Positions 9,211 through 18,490 of a DNA stretch of 64,000 nucleotides are shown here, in pieces. Source of the stretch: Candidatus Poriferisocius sp. (GTDB lineage: Bacteria; Actinomycetota; Acidimicrobiia; Acidimicrobiales; Bin134); the NCBI RefSeq assembly GCF_965219815.1, contig NZ_OZ244791.1, forward strand, positions 1,866,413 through 1,930,412. The letters run 5' to 3'. The notes under the pieces are model-generated. The model had not been told where the DNA came from and ran no database searches. It saw only the letters and a list, made by a program, of their open reading frames with translations. Numbering within the stretch: the first letter of the stretch is position 1; each line of letters begins with the position of its first letter. The position numbers and the translations under genes were made by a program.

Positions 9211-9903
9211 ATGGCCCTAGACAGTTCCGTCCTCGGAACCGAACCACTTTCAGCCGCTACCAAGCGTCTCCTGCTCGACCGGATTGTCAAGGGCGAGCTT
9301 GTGCCGGGAGAGCGCATCGTTGAGAGCCGGCTGGCGAAGGAACTCGACATCAGTCAGTCCCCGATCCGCGAGGCGCTTCGCGACTTGGCGGCCGCTGGCT
9401 TGGTAGACATCGAGTCGCGGCGAGGGGCGCGGGTGCGCAAGCCCACCAACCGCGAGCTCTGCGACGTCAGCGAGGTGCGGGCCGAGATAGACGCGCTAGC
9501 GGCGCGGCTCGCAGCCGAACGGCTCGACGACGAGACCATCGAGGAGCTTCAGTACGCGCATCAGCTCATGTCTGATCGGCTGGAAGCCGGTGACTACGTC
9601 GGAATGACCGAGGCAGACGCCGGGTTCCATCGCATCATCGTCCGGGCATCGGGCAACGGCGCCGCCGAAAGGGTGTTCGGGCAACTTGAGCCGTTCGCCC
9701 GCACCTTCATCACGCTCACGTCGCCAAATGTGCCGCTCCGTGGGATTCTGGCCCAGCACAGCGGCATCCTCGAGGCGCTCATCCAGCGCGATCCAGACTT
9801 GGCTGCGAGCCGGGCCAAGGCCCATCAGCTCAGCGTGCGAAAGATGTTCTTCCAAGCCGATCACGGAGAGCCGGCGGACAGCGACGCGGTTTCAGATGGC
9901 TAA
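9211..9903 (+). CDS. GntR family transcriptional regulator (FadR/FCD subfamily)
   Basis: 230 aa. N-terminal winged HTH (ESRLAKELDISQSPIREALRDLAAAGLV) and an all-helical C-terminal FCD-like domain. Confidence 0.85.
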   Translation: MALDSSVLGTEPLSAATKRLLLDRIVKGELVPGERIVESRLAKELDISQSPIREALRDLAAAGLVDIESRRGARVRKPTNRELCDVSEVRAEIDALAARLAAERLDDETIEELQYAHQLMSDRLEAGDYVGMTEADAGFHRIIVRASGNGAAERVFGQLEPFARTFITLTSPNVPLRGILAQHSGILEALIQRDPDLAASRAKAHQLSVRKMFFQADHGEPADSDAVSDG

Positions 9904-10888
9904 CCAGACGGTGGCGCCACCGGTCGAGCGCGAGGGCTGGTCCAAGTACGGGCGGGCGCCGGCATGGGCCATCAGCCTCGGCGTTGTCGTTGTCGTTGTG
10001 GTGCTCGCGGCTTTGTTCGATTTCTGGGCCACAACTTTCGTGGTCGGCGCCACCGAAAACGCTCCGCTGGTGCTCGCCGCTTTCGGCTTTGCCCTGTTGT
10101 ATCGCCTCACCGGCCTCCTGAACGTCGCCTACGCCGAGACCATCACGCTGGGCGCGTACTTCGCGGTTTGGATGAACAACTCGTGGGGGCTGGGTTTCTA
10201 CGTGGTGCTTCTCCCCGCCGGCCTGCTCGCCGGCGTGCTCAGTGTGGTCACCTACCTCGCAATTTTCCGCTATGCCAAGGGACGGCGGGTGGGCAACCTC
10301 GAGATGATCGTCATCTCATTCGGGTTGTCGATCTTCCTGCAACACGGGTTGCAGTTCGTGTTCGGCTATCGCCGACGCGCCTTTGACATTCCGCCTCCCA
10401 ACACGATTGAAGTGTTCGGGGTTGGGGTCTCCTCGTTCCGGTTGCTGGCGTTGGCCAGCGTTGCCGCATTGACGACCATCGTGTACCAGTTCATCCAGCG
10501 CACCAGCTATGGGCTTCAGATCCGAGCGCTGGCCAGCAACGAGGGCTTGGCGCAGGCGAGCGGAGTCCGGCCCCTCCGCGTGACCATCTTGATCTGGTTC
10601 GTCGCCGGGCTGTGCGGTGGTCTGGCTGGCGTGTTCTACGGGGCGGGCGCCTCGGTGGAGTCCTTCCTCGGCATCGACGAGCTCCTCTTGATCTTGCTGG
10701 TGGTGCTGGTCGGAGGAATCTGGGGCCTGCTCGGCGTCGTGGTGGTCGGCATGGCCACTGGGGTCGCCCTGACCGGGATCACGCTGGAATACGGAAACAG
10801 CCTGTACGCGGAGCTCGTCCTCGTTGTCGCCTTTCTCGGTGTGCTCAAGTTCCGTGGTCGTCGGCTCACCGACGCATCGAAGGTCTGA
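9896..10888 (+). CDS. branched-chain amino acid-type ABC transporter permease (LivH-like)
   Basis: The track ORF is 9686-10888. The ATG at 9896 (MANQTVAPP...) overlaps the GntR stop by 8 nt. Multi-pass hydrophobic protein of the LivH/LivM type. Confidence 0.8.
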   Translation: MANQTVAPPVEREGWSKYGRAPAWAISLGVVVVVVVLAALFDFWATTFVVGATENAPLVLAAFGFALLYRLTGLLNVAYAETITLGAYFAVWMNNSWGLGFYVVLLPAGLLAGVLSVVTYLAIFRYAKGRRVGNLEMIVISFGLSIFLQHGLQFVFGYRRRAFDIPPPNTIEVFGVGVSSFRLLALASVAALTTIVYQFIQRTSYGLQIRALASNEGLAQASGVRPLRVTILIWFVAGLCGGLAGVFYGAGASVESFLGIDELLLILLVVLVGGIWGLLGVVVVGMATGVALTGITLEYGNSLYAELVLVVAFLGVLKFRGRRLTDASKV

Positions 10889-10890
10889 CG

Positions 10891-11844
10891 ATGAACCTCG
10901 ACTGGCTCGACGCTTTCCTCATCTTCGGTGCTTTCAAGGTTGTTGAGATCATGGGCCTTGGCCTCTTGGTGCATCTCCAGCTCGGCTTGACCCGGGTGGC
11001 GAACTTCGGGGTCGTGGGTTTCTGGGGCCTGGGGTTGTATGCGTTCGGCGTTGCCTATCTGAAGGTTGATTGGCCATTCGGGGACGTGTACCAGTTCCTC
11101 ATTTGTGCCGCGATCGCGACGATTGTGGCCGCGGCCGCTGGCCTAGTCGTCGGTTGGTTGATCTCAGATCTCGACGACGACGGAACCCTCGTCGGAACCC
11201 TCGGATTCGCCACGATCGTGGTGATCCTGGCCACGACGCAACAGGGGTTGACGGGAGGGGCGCTGGGCCTCGGCGGCCTTGGCTTCCCATACGACTTCGG
11301 TCGGGTGAAGACCCACGAGTTCACATGGTTGCTGATCACAACAGCAGTGGTGGTCTTGATCTTTGTCTACGCCTGGAGGGTCCACCGCACGCCCCACGGC
11401 CGTCTGTTGATTGCCGTTGGCGCCAACGAGGCGCTGGCTCGCAGCCTCGGAAAGTCGGCGACCGCGGCCAGGCTCCGCATGATGATGGTCACCTCGGGCG
11501 CCATGGGACTACTCGGTGCGATGCACGGGGTCATGGTGCGATCGCTGGAAATCAACAGCCTTGATGTCAGCGTGACTCTGGCTGCGCTGGCGGCGTTGAT
11601 ACTTGGCGGCACGGCCCGGGTGTTCGGGGCCGTTGTCGGCGTCTTGTTGACTGTCGCCCTCTTCGACATCGTGATCCAGTTCTATATCCCGATTCCAGAC
11701 GGGTGGAACACCCAGGCTCTCCCCGTGGCCCGCGAGGCCGTGTTCGGTGCCGCCATCGTTCTCATGCTGATATTCCGGCCCCAAGGACTGCTCGGGCAGA
11801 TGCGGCGTCCTGCTCTCATGCGGAGGCTCCACGGTGACTGGTGA
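10891..11844 (+). CDS. branched-chain amino acid-type ABC transporter permease (LivM-like)
   Basis: The ATG at 10891 (MNLDWLDAFLIFGAF...) follows directly after the upstream stop. Polytopic membrane protein. Confidence 0.8.
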   Translation: MNLDWLDAFLIFGAFKVVEIMGLGLLVHLQLGLTRVANFGVVGFWGLGLYAFGVAYLKVDWPFGDVYQFLICAAIATIVAAAAGLVVGWLISDLDDDGTLVGTLGFATIVVILATTQQGLTGGALGLGGLGFPYDFGRVKTHEFTWLLITTAVVVLIFVYAWRVHRTPHGRLLIAVGANEALARSLGKSATAARLRMMMVTSGAMGLLGAMHGVMVRSLEINSLDVSVTLAALAALILGGTARVFGAVVGVLLTVALFDIVIQFYIPIPDGWNTQALPVAREAVFGAAIVLMLIFRPQGLLGQMRRPALMRRLHGDW

Positions 11845-12610
11845 GGACCTTCGGCCGCAGATTCTGGTTCGCGACGTCACCAAGTCGTTCTCGGGTCGCG
11901 TTGTGGTCGACGTTGACGAGCTCGTACTCGGGGATGTCCCGGTGGAGGGACTGCTTGGTCCCAACGGTGCCGGCAAAACAACGCTGATGCGCCTCATCAT
12001 GCACTCCATCCCGCTGGACGGGGGGACGGTCACCCTCAGCCGCCCAGGACAGCGCGATGTGGTGCTGTCCGCCACTCGCACCAGCCAGATGGCCGGGCTT
12101 GGCGTTGTGAAGTCGACCCAGGTGATCACCGACTTCGAACACCTCACCATCCTCGATTCCGCGCTGCTAGCAGTGACCGAGGCGCGCTATGAGCGCCCCT
12201 TCGCCGCGGCGGCGGATCGAGCGGTGCGCAAGCGACACGAAGACGAGATCCGACACTGGCTCGACTACTTCGGCTTCGATGATCCGCTGGCCGTCGCCCT
12301 CTCGGGCGGAGACAAGAAGTTGCTCGACATAGTGCGCTGCCTGTTGCTCCAGCCCGCCGTTCTTCTGTTGGACGAGCCGACCGCCGGTCTTTCGGAGGAC
12401 CACACTGAGCGGGTCAAGGCCGCGGTCCGACATCTCGCCAGCAGGGGCACGTCGGTGGTGATCGTCGAGCACGACCTCGATGTGATCTGGGACCTGTGCG
12501 ATGAGGTGATCTTCATGGCCGAGGGGAAAGTTCTCCTAAAGGACAACCCCGCTACGATTCGGGCTAACCCAACGGTGGTCGAGAGCTACTTGGGGGCCGG
12601 AAGTGCGTAA
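11834..12610 (+). CDS. ABC transporter ATP-binding protein (LivG-like)
   Basis: Walker A GPNGAGKTT, signature LSGGDKKLLDI, Walker B LLLDEPTAG. Overlaps both neighbouring genes. Confidence 0.85.
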   Translation: MTGEDLRPQILVRDVTKSFSGRVVVDVDELVLGDVPVEGLLGPNGAGKTTLMRLIMHSIPLDGGTVTLSRPGQRDVVLSATRTSQMAGLGVVKSTQVITDFEHLTILDSALLAVTEARYERPFAAAADRAVRKRHEDEIRHWLDYFGFDDPLAVALSGGDKKLLDIVRCLLLQPAVLLLDEPTAGLSEDHTERVKAAVRHLASRGTSVVIVEHDLDVIWDLCDEVIFMAEGKVLLKDNPATIRANPTVVESYLGAGSA

Positions 12611-13343
12611 ACAAGCGGTGGTCAACAGCGGCGACACATCCGTAACGCCGTCAGTGTCGGTAAACGGGCTCTCGAGCGGATATGGCAGCGTGGCAGTGCT
12701 CCACGACGTGGAGTTCACCGTCGGCCACGAGATCTTCGCGGTCCTTGGTGCGAACGGTGCCGGAAAGACAACGCTGCTCACAACGCTCGCCGGGCTCCTA
12801 CCAGCTTTTTCGGGTTCCATCGCCTATCACGGAACCGACGTCACAAACCTCGCGGCGTCGGAGTCGGCGCGGCTAGGAGTTGGGTACGTGCCCCAGGAAG
12901 CCGCCGTGTTCCCAGATCTGTCGGTACTCGAGAACCTCACTGTCGGCGGGATGATTGGCACCAGACCTCACGAGGAACGCCTCGAAGAAGTGTTCGAGAC
13001 GTTTCCCGACTTGCGCAGCAAGGTCCATCTCCGGGCCGGGAACCTCAGTGGCGGCGAGTCGAGGATGGTGGCTTGCGGTCGCGCCCTGATGCAGGACCCG
13101 ACCGTGTTGCTGCTCGACGAGCCCACGGCCGGCCTGTCTCCGCTCTACCTCGAACTCTTCTTCGAGAAGGTCGCCGAAATACACCGCACACGCGGGGTGT
13201 CCATTGTGCTGACAGAGCAGAACGCAACCCAAGCCCTCGGCATCGCCGACCGGGTGATGGTCCTCAGCCTCGGCGTCGGCTCGGAGCCGATGTCTGCCGA
13301 CGCTGTCACCACCGACCTACTAAGAGAGGGATACCAGATCTAG
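12603..13343 (+). CDS. ABC transporter ATP-binding protein (LivF-like)
   Basis: Walker A GANGAGKTT, signature LSGGESRMVAC, Walker B LLLDEPTAGLSP. Confidence 0.85.
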   Translation: MRKQAVVNSGDTSVTPSVSVNGLSSGYGSVAVLHDVEFTVGHEIFAVLGANGAGKTTLLTTLAGLLPAFSGSIAYHGTDVTNLAASESARLGVGYVPQEAAVFPDLSVLENLTVGGMIGTRPHEERLEEVFETFPDLRSKVHLRAGNLSGGESRMVACGRALMQDPTVLLLDEPTAGLSPLYLELFFEKVAEIHRTRGVSIVLTEQNATQALGIADRVMVLSLGVGSEPMSADAVTTDLLREGYQI

Positions 13344-13409
13344 CTCCCAGGGGGGCCAGAGCTTGGGCCCGATTTAGGGGCCCGAGCAGACAAGAAAAGG
13401 AGACCAACC

Positions 13410-14924
13410 ATGAAGACCAACAAGAGGTGGATGCAAGTCATTGCCTTGATCTTCGGGTTTGTGCTGATTGCCAGCGCCTGTGGAAACGATGACGACGCTC
13501 CGAGCTCCGTCGAGCCGTCGGCGCCCGATTCCTCCGCTGACGCTGGCGATGCCGCTGACGCTGGCGATGCCGCTGACGCTGGCGATGCCGCTGACGCTGG
13601 CGATGCCGCTGACGCCGGCGATACCGCCGACGCCGGCGATACCGCCGACGCCGGCGATACCGCTGACGAGGCTGCGGCGCCGTCCGACGATGGACCTGTG
13701 ACGGTGTGCGAGCTCGCCTACTACACAGGCGAGTTCGGCGCGTATGGCCCATCGCTGACCGCCGACGTGCGGTTCCCGATTGAGGAGGTGATCAATGAGG
13801 ACCCACCCCTCGGCAGAGAATGGAGACTTGTCTCGGAGGATCTCGGTACGGTCGGTGAGCCGCAGGCGGCCCGGGCGTGCTTGGACCTCCACGACGCCGA
13901 TGTCATCGTCAGCATCGCCCACGGGTACCGAACGTACCGGCCCTTCATGATCGAGCATTGGGCCGAGAACGACAGTCCGATCGTGCCATCCGTCCACGGT
14001 GGCGCAATTCCGGGCAACCTCGGTGGAACCGCGGCGGAACCGATTTTCCGAGCCCAGGGCTTGGACGAGGCCCTTGGCACCACAGGCATCCTGTATGCGG
14101 AGTCGATCGGCGCCAGTTCGGTTGTCATCTTCGCGACCCAGGTTGAGGGCTTCCAGCTTGCCGCCAATGCGGCTCAGGCCGCGGCCGATAGCGTCGGAAT
14201 CGATGTGCTCGACCGAATAGACGCACCTGCCGAGGAGCCTTCGTATCGGGCGCAGGTAGAGCGCATCGCCGACCTCAATCCGGACGTGGTCATCCTCCAG
14301 GTAGGCCCGGTCGAGGCCGGCACCATCATCAAGCAGGCCGCCGAAGCGGGCTTGTCGCTCGAGTGGATCGGCGAGACCGGCATGGTGTTGCAAGAGTTCG
14401 TCGAGACCATGGGAGTCGATGTCATCGACACCCAGCAGGGCATCGGCTTTGCTGCGTTCACGTTTGACGACACGACGCCGGCATGGGATTACTTCTCAGC
14501 CGCTTGGGACGGTGCACCTGGCTATGGCGACGAGTTCGGCCCGGCGACCGACCTCTATCACTTCTCGACCTACGACGTCTTGGTCCACACCGCCCTTGCG
14601 GTTGAAGCCGCCGGCTCCTTGAAGGCGTCGGACTGGGCTCCGGCCATGCGGGAAGTCGGCTCTGCTCCGGGCACCGTGTGCTACACGTACCTCGAATGCC
14701 TGGAATTGATCCGAGCTGGCGAGGACGTTGACTACGAGGGTGTGACCGGTTCTGGCGACTACACCGCGGGCGGCGTGAACAACGTGACATCGGCGTACAC
14801 GCCGTTCAACTCCGACGGAACCACGGGAACCGCCGTGATCCTCGACCCAGTTCGCTCGCTGGAGATCATCGACGCCATCGCGACGCAAGCGGAGTGCGAC
14901 GACGACAACAACTGCGAGTGGTAA
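13410..14924 (+). CDS. ABC transporter substrate-binding lipoprotein (LivJ/type I periplasmic binding fold) with repetitive acidic linker
   Basis: 504 aa. Signal peptide with lipobox LIASAC, then a DAGDAA/DAGDTA repeat linker, then a binding-protein-like domain. AAAGGAG RBS upstream. Confidence 0.8.
   Translation: MKTNKRWMQVIALIFGFVLIASACGNDDDAPSSVEPSAPDSSADAGDAADAGDAADAGDAADAGDAADAGDTADAGDTADAGDTADEAAAPSDDGPVTVCELAYYTGEFGAYGPSLTADVRFPIEEVINEDPPLGREWRLVSEDLGTVGEPQAARACLDLHDADVIVSIAHGYRTYRPFMIEHWAENDSPIVPSVHGGAIPGNLGGTAAEPIFRAQGLDEALGTTGILYAESIGASSVVIFATQVEGFQLAANAAQAAADSVGIDVLDRIDAPAEEPSYRAQVERIADLNPDVVILQVGPVEAGTIIKQAAEAGLSLEWIGETGMVLQEFVETMGVDVIDTQQGIGFAAFTFDDTTPAWDYFSAAWDGAPGYGDEFGPATDLYHFSTYDVLVHTALAVEAAGSLKASDWAPAMREVGSAPGTVCYTYLECLELIRAGEDVDYEGVTGSGDYTAGGVNNVTSAYTPFNSDGTTGTAVILDPVRSLEIIDAIATQAECDDDNNCEW
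13539..13664 (+). repeat. seven tandem copies of an 18-bp in-frame repeat (GACGCTGGCGATGCCGCT x4, GACGCCGGCGATACCGCC/T x3)
   Basis: Read directly. It encodes (DAGDAA)4(DAGDTA)3 just after the lipoprotein cysteine. Confidence 0.95.
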
Positions 14925-14966
14925 TGGCTCTGCGGTAGCAGACCACTAATCGTCGGAACGGGCGGC

Positions 14967-15941
14967 GTGGCGGACCCCTCCGCGCCATCTCCGCCCGTTC
15001 CGACGGGTTTCCCTCAACCAGAAAAGGCAAGACGAATGGATCACGAGTCCCCTCACCGCGACCAAGAGCGCGGGCCTGCGGCGTTCCAAACGAATGACGC
15101 TCTGCTCGACGCATTGCGAATTCCCCAGCAGGGCCGAGTCTTCTCGCTGGCGCTGCCGCGATTTCATGGCATGCCGCTCTTTGCTTCGCACCCACCGTTC
15201 GAGGTGTCGATGTACCGGACACCGCTGGGGCTGCGCGGCGACGGAGAGGAGCCGTGGGGACCGGTGAATGAGGTCAATCTCGGCTACATGGCGGAGGTAA
15301 CAAGCGGGACTTCACACTCTGGCGCTCACGTTGATGCTCTTGCCCATATGACCATCGGACCCGACGACCACTGGTACGCAGGTGTATCCGCTCACGAACA
15401 CTTAGGCGACCGCGGCCCCAAAGTGGGCGATGCGAGCAAGCTGCCCCACTTCGTGACGCGGGGTGTTCTCTTGGACGTGCCGGGCTATCGCGGCGTTGAC
15501 GCCCTGGGGGCGGGAGAACCGATCTACGCCGATGAGCTTCAAGCCGTCACCCAGCACCAGGAGACTGAGGTGCGCCCCGGCGACGTCGTAATGATCCGAA
15601 CCGGCTACCTTTCGAAATGGCCTGACCCGGAGGCCCTGGCTCGCCATCGGACCGCGGGCCCCGACATCTCCGCTGCCAAATGGCTACTCGACGCAGGCGT
15701 CGTGGCGACCGGCACCGACACGGAGACCTACGAAGTTCAACCAGCCCCGGACCTTGGCTCGCCGGCCAATCCGCAACCGGTCCACACCCTTTTGCTCATC
15801 GAGGAGGGTATCTACCTCTTCGAGTCGATCTACCTTGAGGAGATCGCACGCGAGGGTGTCCACGAATTCCTGTTCATTGCCCTCCCAACGAAGATCGAGG
15901 GCGGGACCGGGTCAATGCTGGATCCGGTCGCGATCATTTGA
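14967..15941 (+). CDS. cyclase family protein (kynurenine formamidase-like metal hydrolase)
   Basis: HSGAHVDALAHM matches the HxGTHxDxPxH cyclase motif. The start is uncertain (GTG 14967 or ATG 15036). Confidence 0.75.
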   Translation: MADPSAPSPPVPTGFPQPEKARRMDHESPHRDQERGPAAFQTNDALLDALRIPQQGRVFSLALPRFHGMPLFASHPPFEVSMYRTPLGLRGDGEEPWGPVNEVNLGYMAEVTSGTSHSGAHVDALAHMTIGPDDHWYAGVSAHEHLGDRGPKVGDASKLPHFVTRGVLLDVPGYRGVDALGAGEPIYADELQAVTQHQETEVRPGDVVMIRTGYLSKWPDPEALARHRTAGPDISAAKWLLDAGVVATGTDTETYEVQPAPDLGSPANPQPVHTLLLIEEGIYLFESIYLEEIAREGVHEFLFIALPTKIEGGTGSMLDPVAII

Positions 15942-15953
15942 AGAGGAGAACGC

Positions 15954-17000
15954 ATGAAGGCGCTCGTCCTAAACGCACCCAACGACTTCGGGGTCACCGA
16001 AGTGCCCGATCCGCAACCCGGCCCGCTCGAAGTGCTGTGTCGAGTCGAACGGATCGGGATCTGCGGCACCGACGTCCATATGGTGCAAGGTCACTACGAC
16101 CACTGGCCCGCCTACTACCCGTTCATACCCGGCCATGAATGGTCGGGCCAGGTCATCGAACTCGGCTCAGGGGCGGACGAGTTCGGATGGGCCGTGGGTG
16201 ACCGGGTGGCTGGTTCGTCCCATGCCGGCTGCATGCACTGCCCGAAGTGCATTGAGGGTCGCTACAACCTCTGCCTGAACTACGGGCACTCGCAGGTGCA
16301 CAGCCACTACGGCCACACGGTGCAGGGCGCCTATGCCGACTACGTCGTTCACTCGATCCGAAGCGTGTTCAAGTTGCCCGATGCCATGAGCTACGACCTG
16401 GGTGCGGTGACTGATCCAGCGTCCATCGGCTTGCACTGCGCCCATCGGGGCGGGGTCGAAACGGGACAAACCGTAGCGGTGGTGGGTGCGGGGCCAGTGG
16501 GAATTCTCGCCGCGGATGCGGCCAAAGCACTGGGCGCGAGCAAAGTCGTCGTCGCGGGACGTGGGGCGCGACTCAGCGTCGTGGAGAAGTTCGGATTTGA
16601 GGGATTCGACACTTCCTCGCCCGATGGTCTCAATCGCTTTCGCGAGCTCGCTCCCCACGGGGCTGACGTGGTTTTGGACGCGGCGGGTACCCCCGAGTCA
16701 ATTGCGCTGGCCCTATCGATGCTCGGCCGAGGTGGGCGATGCTCCGCGGTCGGGATTCCCATTGAAGACGTTTCGATTTCACTGGCACCGCTAGTTCTCG
16801 ACGAATTGGAGCTGGTGGGAAGCCGTGCCGTCGCCGGCGAGATGCAGGCGACGCTGGACTTCATCGCCGACGGGCGGATTCGGGCCGGAGAGATCATCAC
16901 CCACCGATATCCGCTCGACGACTTCGGCAAAGCCCTCGAAGTGACCGATCAGCGGATCGACGGGGCGATGAAGGTCCTCATCGACAACAGCTTGGACTAA
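15954..17000 (+). CDS. zinc-dependent medium-chain dehydrogenase/reductase (sorbitol/threonine dehydrogenase-like)
   Basis: GICGTDVHM and GHEWSG zinc-site motifs, a structural-zinc Cys cluster (CMHCPKCIEGRYNLC), and a GAGPVG Rossmann motif. Confidence 0.85.
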   Translation: MKALVLNAPNDFGVTEVPDPQPGPLEVLCRVERIGICGTDVHMVQGHYDHWPAYYPFIPGHEWSGQVIELGSGADEFGWAVGDRVAGSSHAGCMHCPKCIEGRYNLCLNYGHSQVHSHYGHTVQGAYADYVVHSIRSVFKLPDAMSYDLGAVTDPASIGLHCAHRGGVETGQTVAVVGAGPVGILAADAAKALGASKVVVAGRGARLSVVEKFGFEGFDTSSPDGLNRFRELAPHGADVVLDAAGTPESIALALSMLGRGGRCSAVGIPIEDVSISLAPLVLDELELVGSRAVAGEMQATLDFIADGRIRAGEIITHRYPLDDFGKALEVTDQRIDGAMKVLIDNSLD

Positions 17001-17017
17001 GCGCAAAGGAGAACCGC

Positions 17018-17890
17018 GTGAGCAACTCTGCCTTCGATCGCAACGCGCAGAACGTGGGCAACATAGTGATGCTCGAACACGTCAACGTCACTGTTCCAGA
17101 CATCGAAATGGCCGCCCTCTTCTACGTTCACGCCCTCGGGTTTACTCGAGATCCTTACATCGACCTGGGGCCCGACTTGATGTGGATCAATCTCGGCGAG
17201 CAGCAGTTCCATCTTCCGGCTGGAGAACCCCAGGTGATACGAGGCACGGTCGAGGTCGTCGTCCCCAGCCTTACCACGACGCAGGCACGGCTTGAGGCCA
17301 TGGCACCCCGGCTGGTTGACACCCTATTTGAGGTTCGACCCGCCAGCGCGAGCCTTGAGGTCGTGGGGCCTTGGGGCAATCGAATCCGCTGCTACGAGGC
17401 CACGATGAACCAACGGATGCAACTTGGTATGCGTGGAGTGGAGTTCTCGATTCCGCGTGGCTCGGCCACAGGGATCGCGCGCTTCTACGAACGGGTCATG
17501 GGGGCACTTGTTTCGATGGCGGACGATTCCTGCAAGGTGCGGATTGGTTTTCATCAGGCGCTCTGCTTCACGGAGACCGATGAACCCATTGCTGACTACG
17601 ACGGACACCACATCGCCATTTACGTGTCCGACTTCTCGCCACCGTATGCCTGGTTGGTCGACCGGAACCGAATCATTGAGGACACCCGCGAGTGCGAGTA
17701 TCGCTTCCAATGGATCGTCGACCCCGACTCGGGCGAACCCCTCTTTGAAATCGAACACGAGGTTCGCAGCCTCCAGCATCCCTTGTACAGACGGAACCTC
17801 GTCAATCGAAACCCAGACCAGAATCTAGCGACATACACGCCCGGCTTCGATGTCTTCCGTCCCCAGAATCCAGGATCACCGAGCGGTTAG
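17018..17890 (+). CDS. VOC (glyoxalase/bleomycin-resistance/dioxygenase) superfamily-like protein, function unknown
   Basis: 290 aa. The N-terminal segment VMLEHVNVTVPDIEMAALFYVHALGF resembles the first beta-alpha-beta unit of VOC proteins. The rest is unassigned. Confidence 0.45.
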   Translation: MSNSAFDRNAQNVGNIVMLEHVNVTVPDIEMAALFYVHALGFTRDPYIDLGPDLMWINLGEQQFHLPAGEPQVIRGTVEVVVPSLTTTQARLEAMAPRLVDTLFEVRPASASLEVVGPWGNRIRCYEATMNQRMQLGMRGVEFSIPRGSATGIARFYERVMGALVSMADDSCKVRIGFHQALCFTETDEPIADYDGHHIAIYVSDFSPPYAWLVDRNRIIEDTRECEYRFQWIVDPDSGEPLFEIEHEVRSLQHPLYRRNLVNRNPDQNLATYTPGFDVFRPQNPGSPSG

Positions 17891-18046
17891 CGGCGCCTTC
17901 GAGAGATCGCTCACCGCATCGACAATATTGATCCCGTTTGCCACCCTCCCTCGCCTATCGGAGTGTCTGGAAATTTGTAGGACAGCTACTATGTTCCTTA
18001 TCGCGGACTGGATTTCCGAGGCGTTCGGCGAGATGCCGGGGCCGAT

Positions 18047-18490
18047 GTGAGCGGCGCACTGTCGCTGGCGGTAGCCGACCGTATAGTCGATGCTGCGTTA
18101 GCCGCGGCGGCCGATAATGGCTTCCCGCCGATGACGGTCGTGGTGCTTGACACTGGCGGGCATCCACTGGTGGTCAAGCGTGACGAGCGGTCTGGCATCG
18201 GCCGGGTTGAGATCGCCATGGGCAAGGCCCACGGCTGCCTTGCTATGGGTTTCGGTGGCCGCGAGCTGGCCCGACGAGCCGACGCCGTTCCTAAGTTCTT
18301 CACCTCAATTGGCCAACTGCTGCCCCACGGGATCGTACCCGTCGCCGGCGGAGCGCTCATCCGCGACGACAAGGGAACGCTCCTCGGATCCATAGGCATC
18401 AGCGGGGGAACCTCTGACGACGACGACATTTGTGCCATCGCTGGGATCACCTCGGTGGGTCTCGTAGCCGACACGGGCGATGCGCAATGA
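18047..18490 (+). CDS. GlcG/HbpS-like heme-binding protein (DUF336)
   Basis: 147 aa. VVVLDTGGHPLVVKRDE...AMGKA...GGALIRDDKGTLLGSIGISGGTSDDD is typical of DUF336. Confidence 0.75.
   Translation: MSGALSLAVADRIVDAALAAAADNGFPPMTVVVLDTGGHPLVVKRDERSGIGRVEIAMGKAHGCLAMGFGGRELARRADAVPKFFTSIGQLLPHGIVPVAGGALIRDDKGTLLGSIGISGGTSDDDDICAIAGITSVGLVADTGDAQ

Noticed and set aside
13539-13664. Possible CRISPR-like or minisatellite array.
   Set aside because: The units are contiguous 18-mers without spacers, are in frame inside a lipoprotein gene, and encode a (DAGDAA)n linker. This is a coding tandem repeat, not a CRISPR array.
17891-18046. AT-rich spacer before glcG with the palindrome CAATATTG (17923-17930) and a nearby ATCGA half-site resembling the GntR motif.
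   Set aside because: There is only an 8-bp palindrome and a single half-site. It has no second copy elsewhere in the window, so it is too weak to call an operator.
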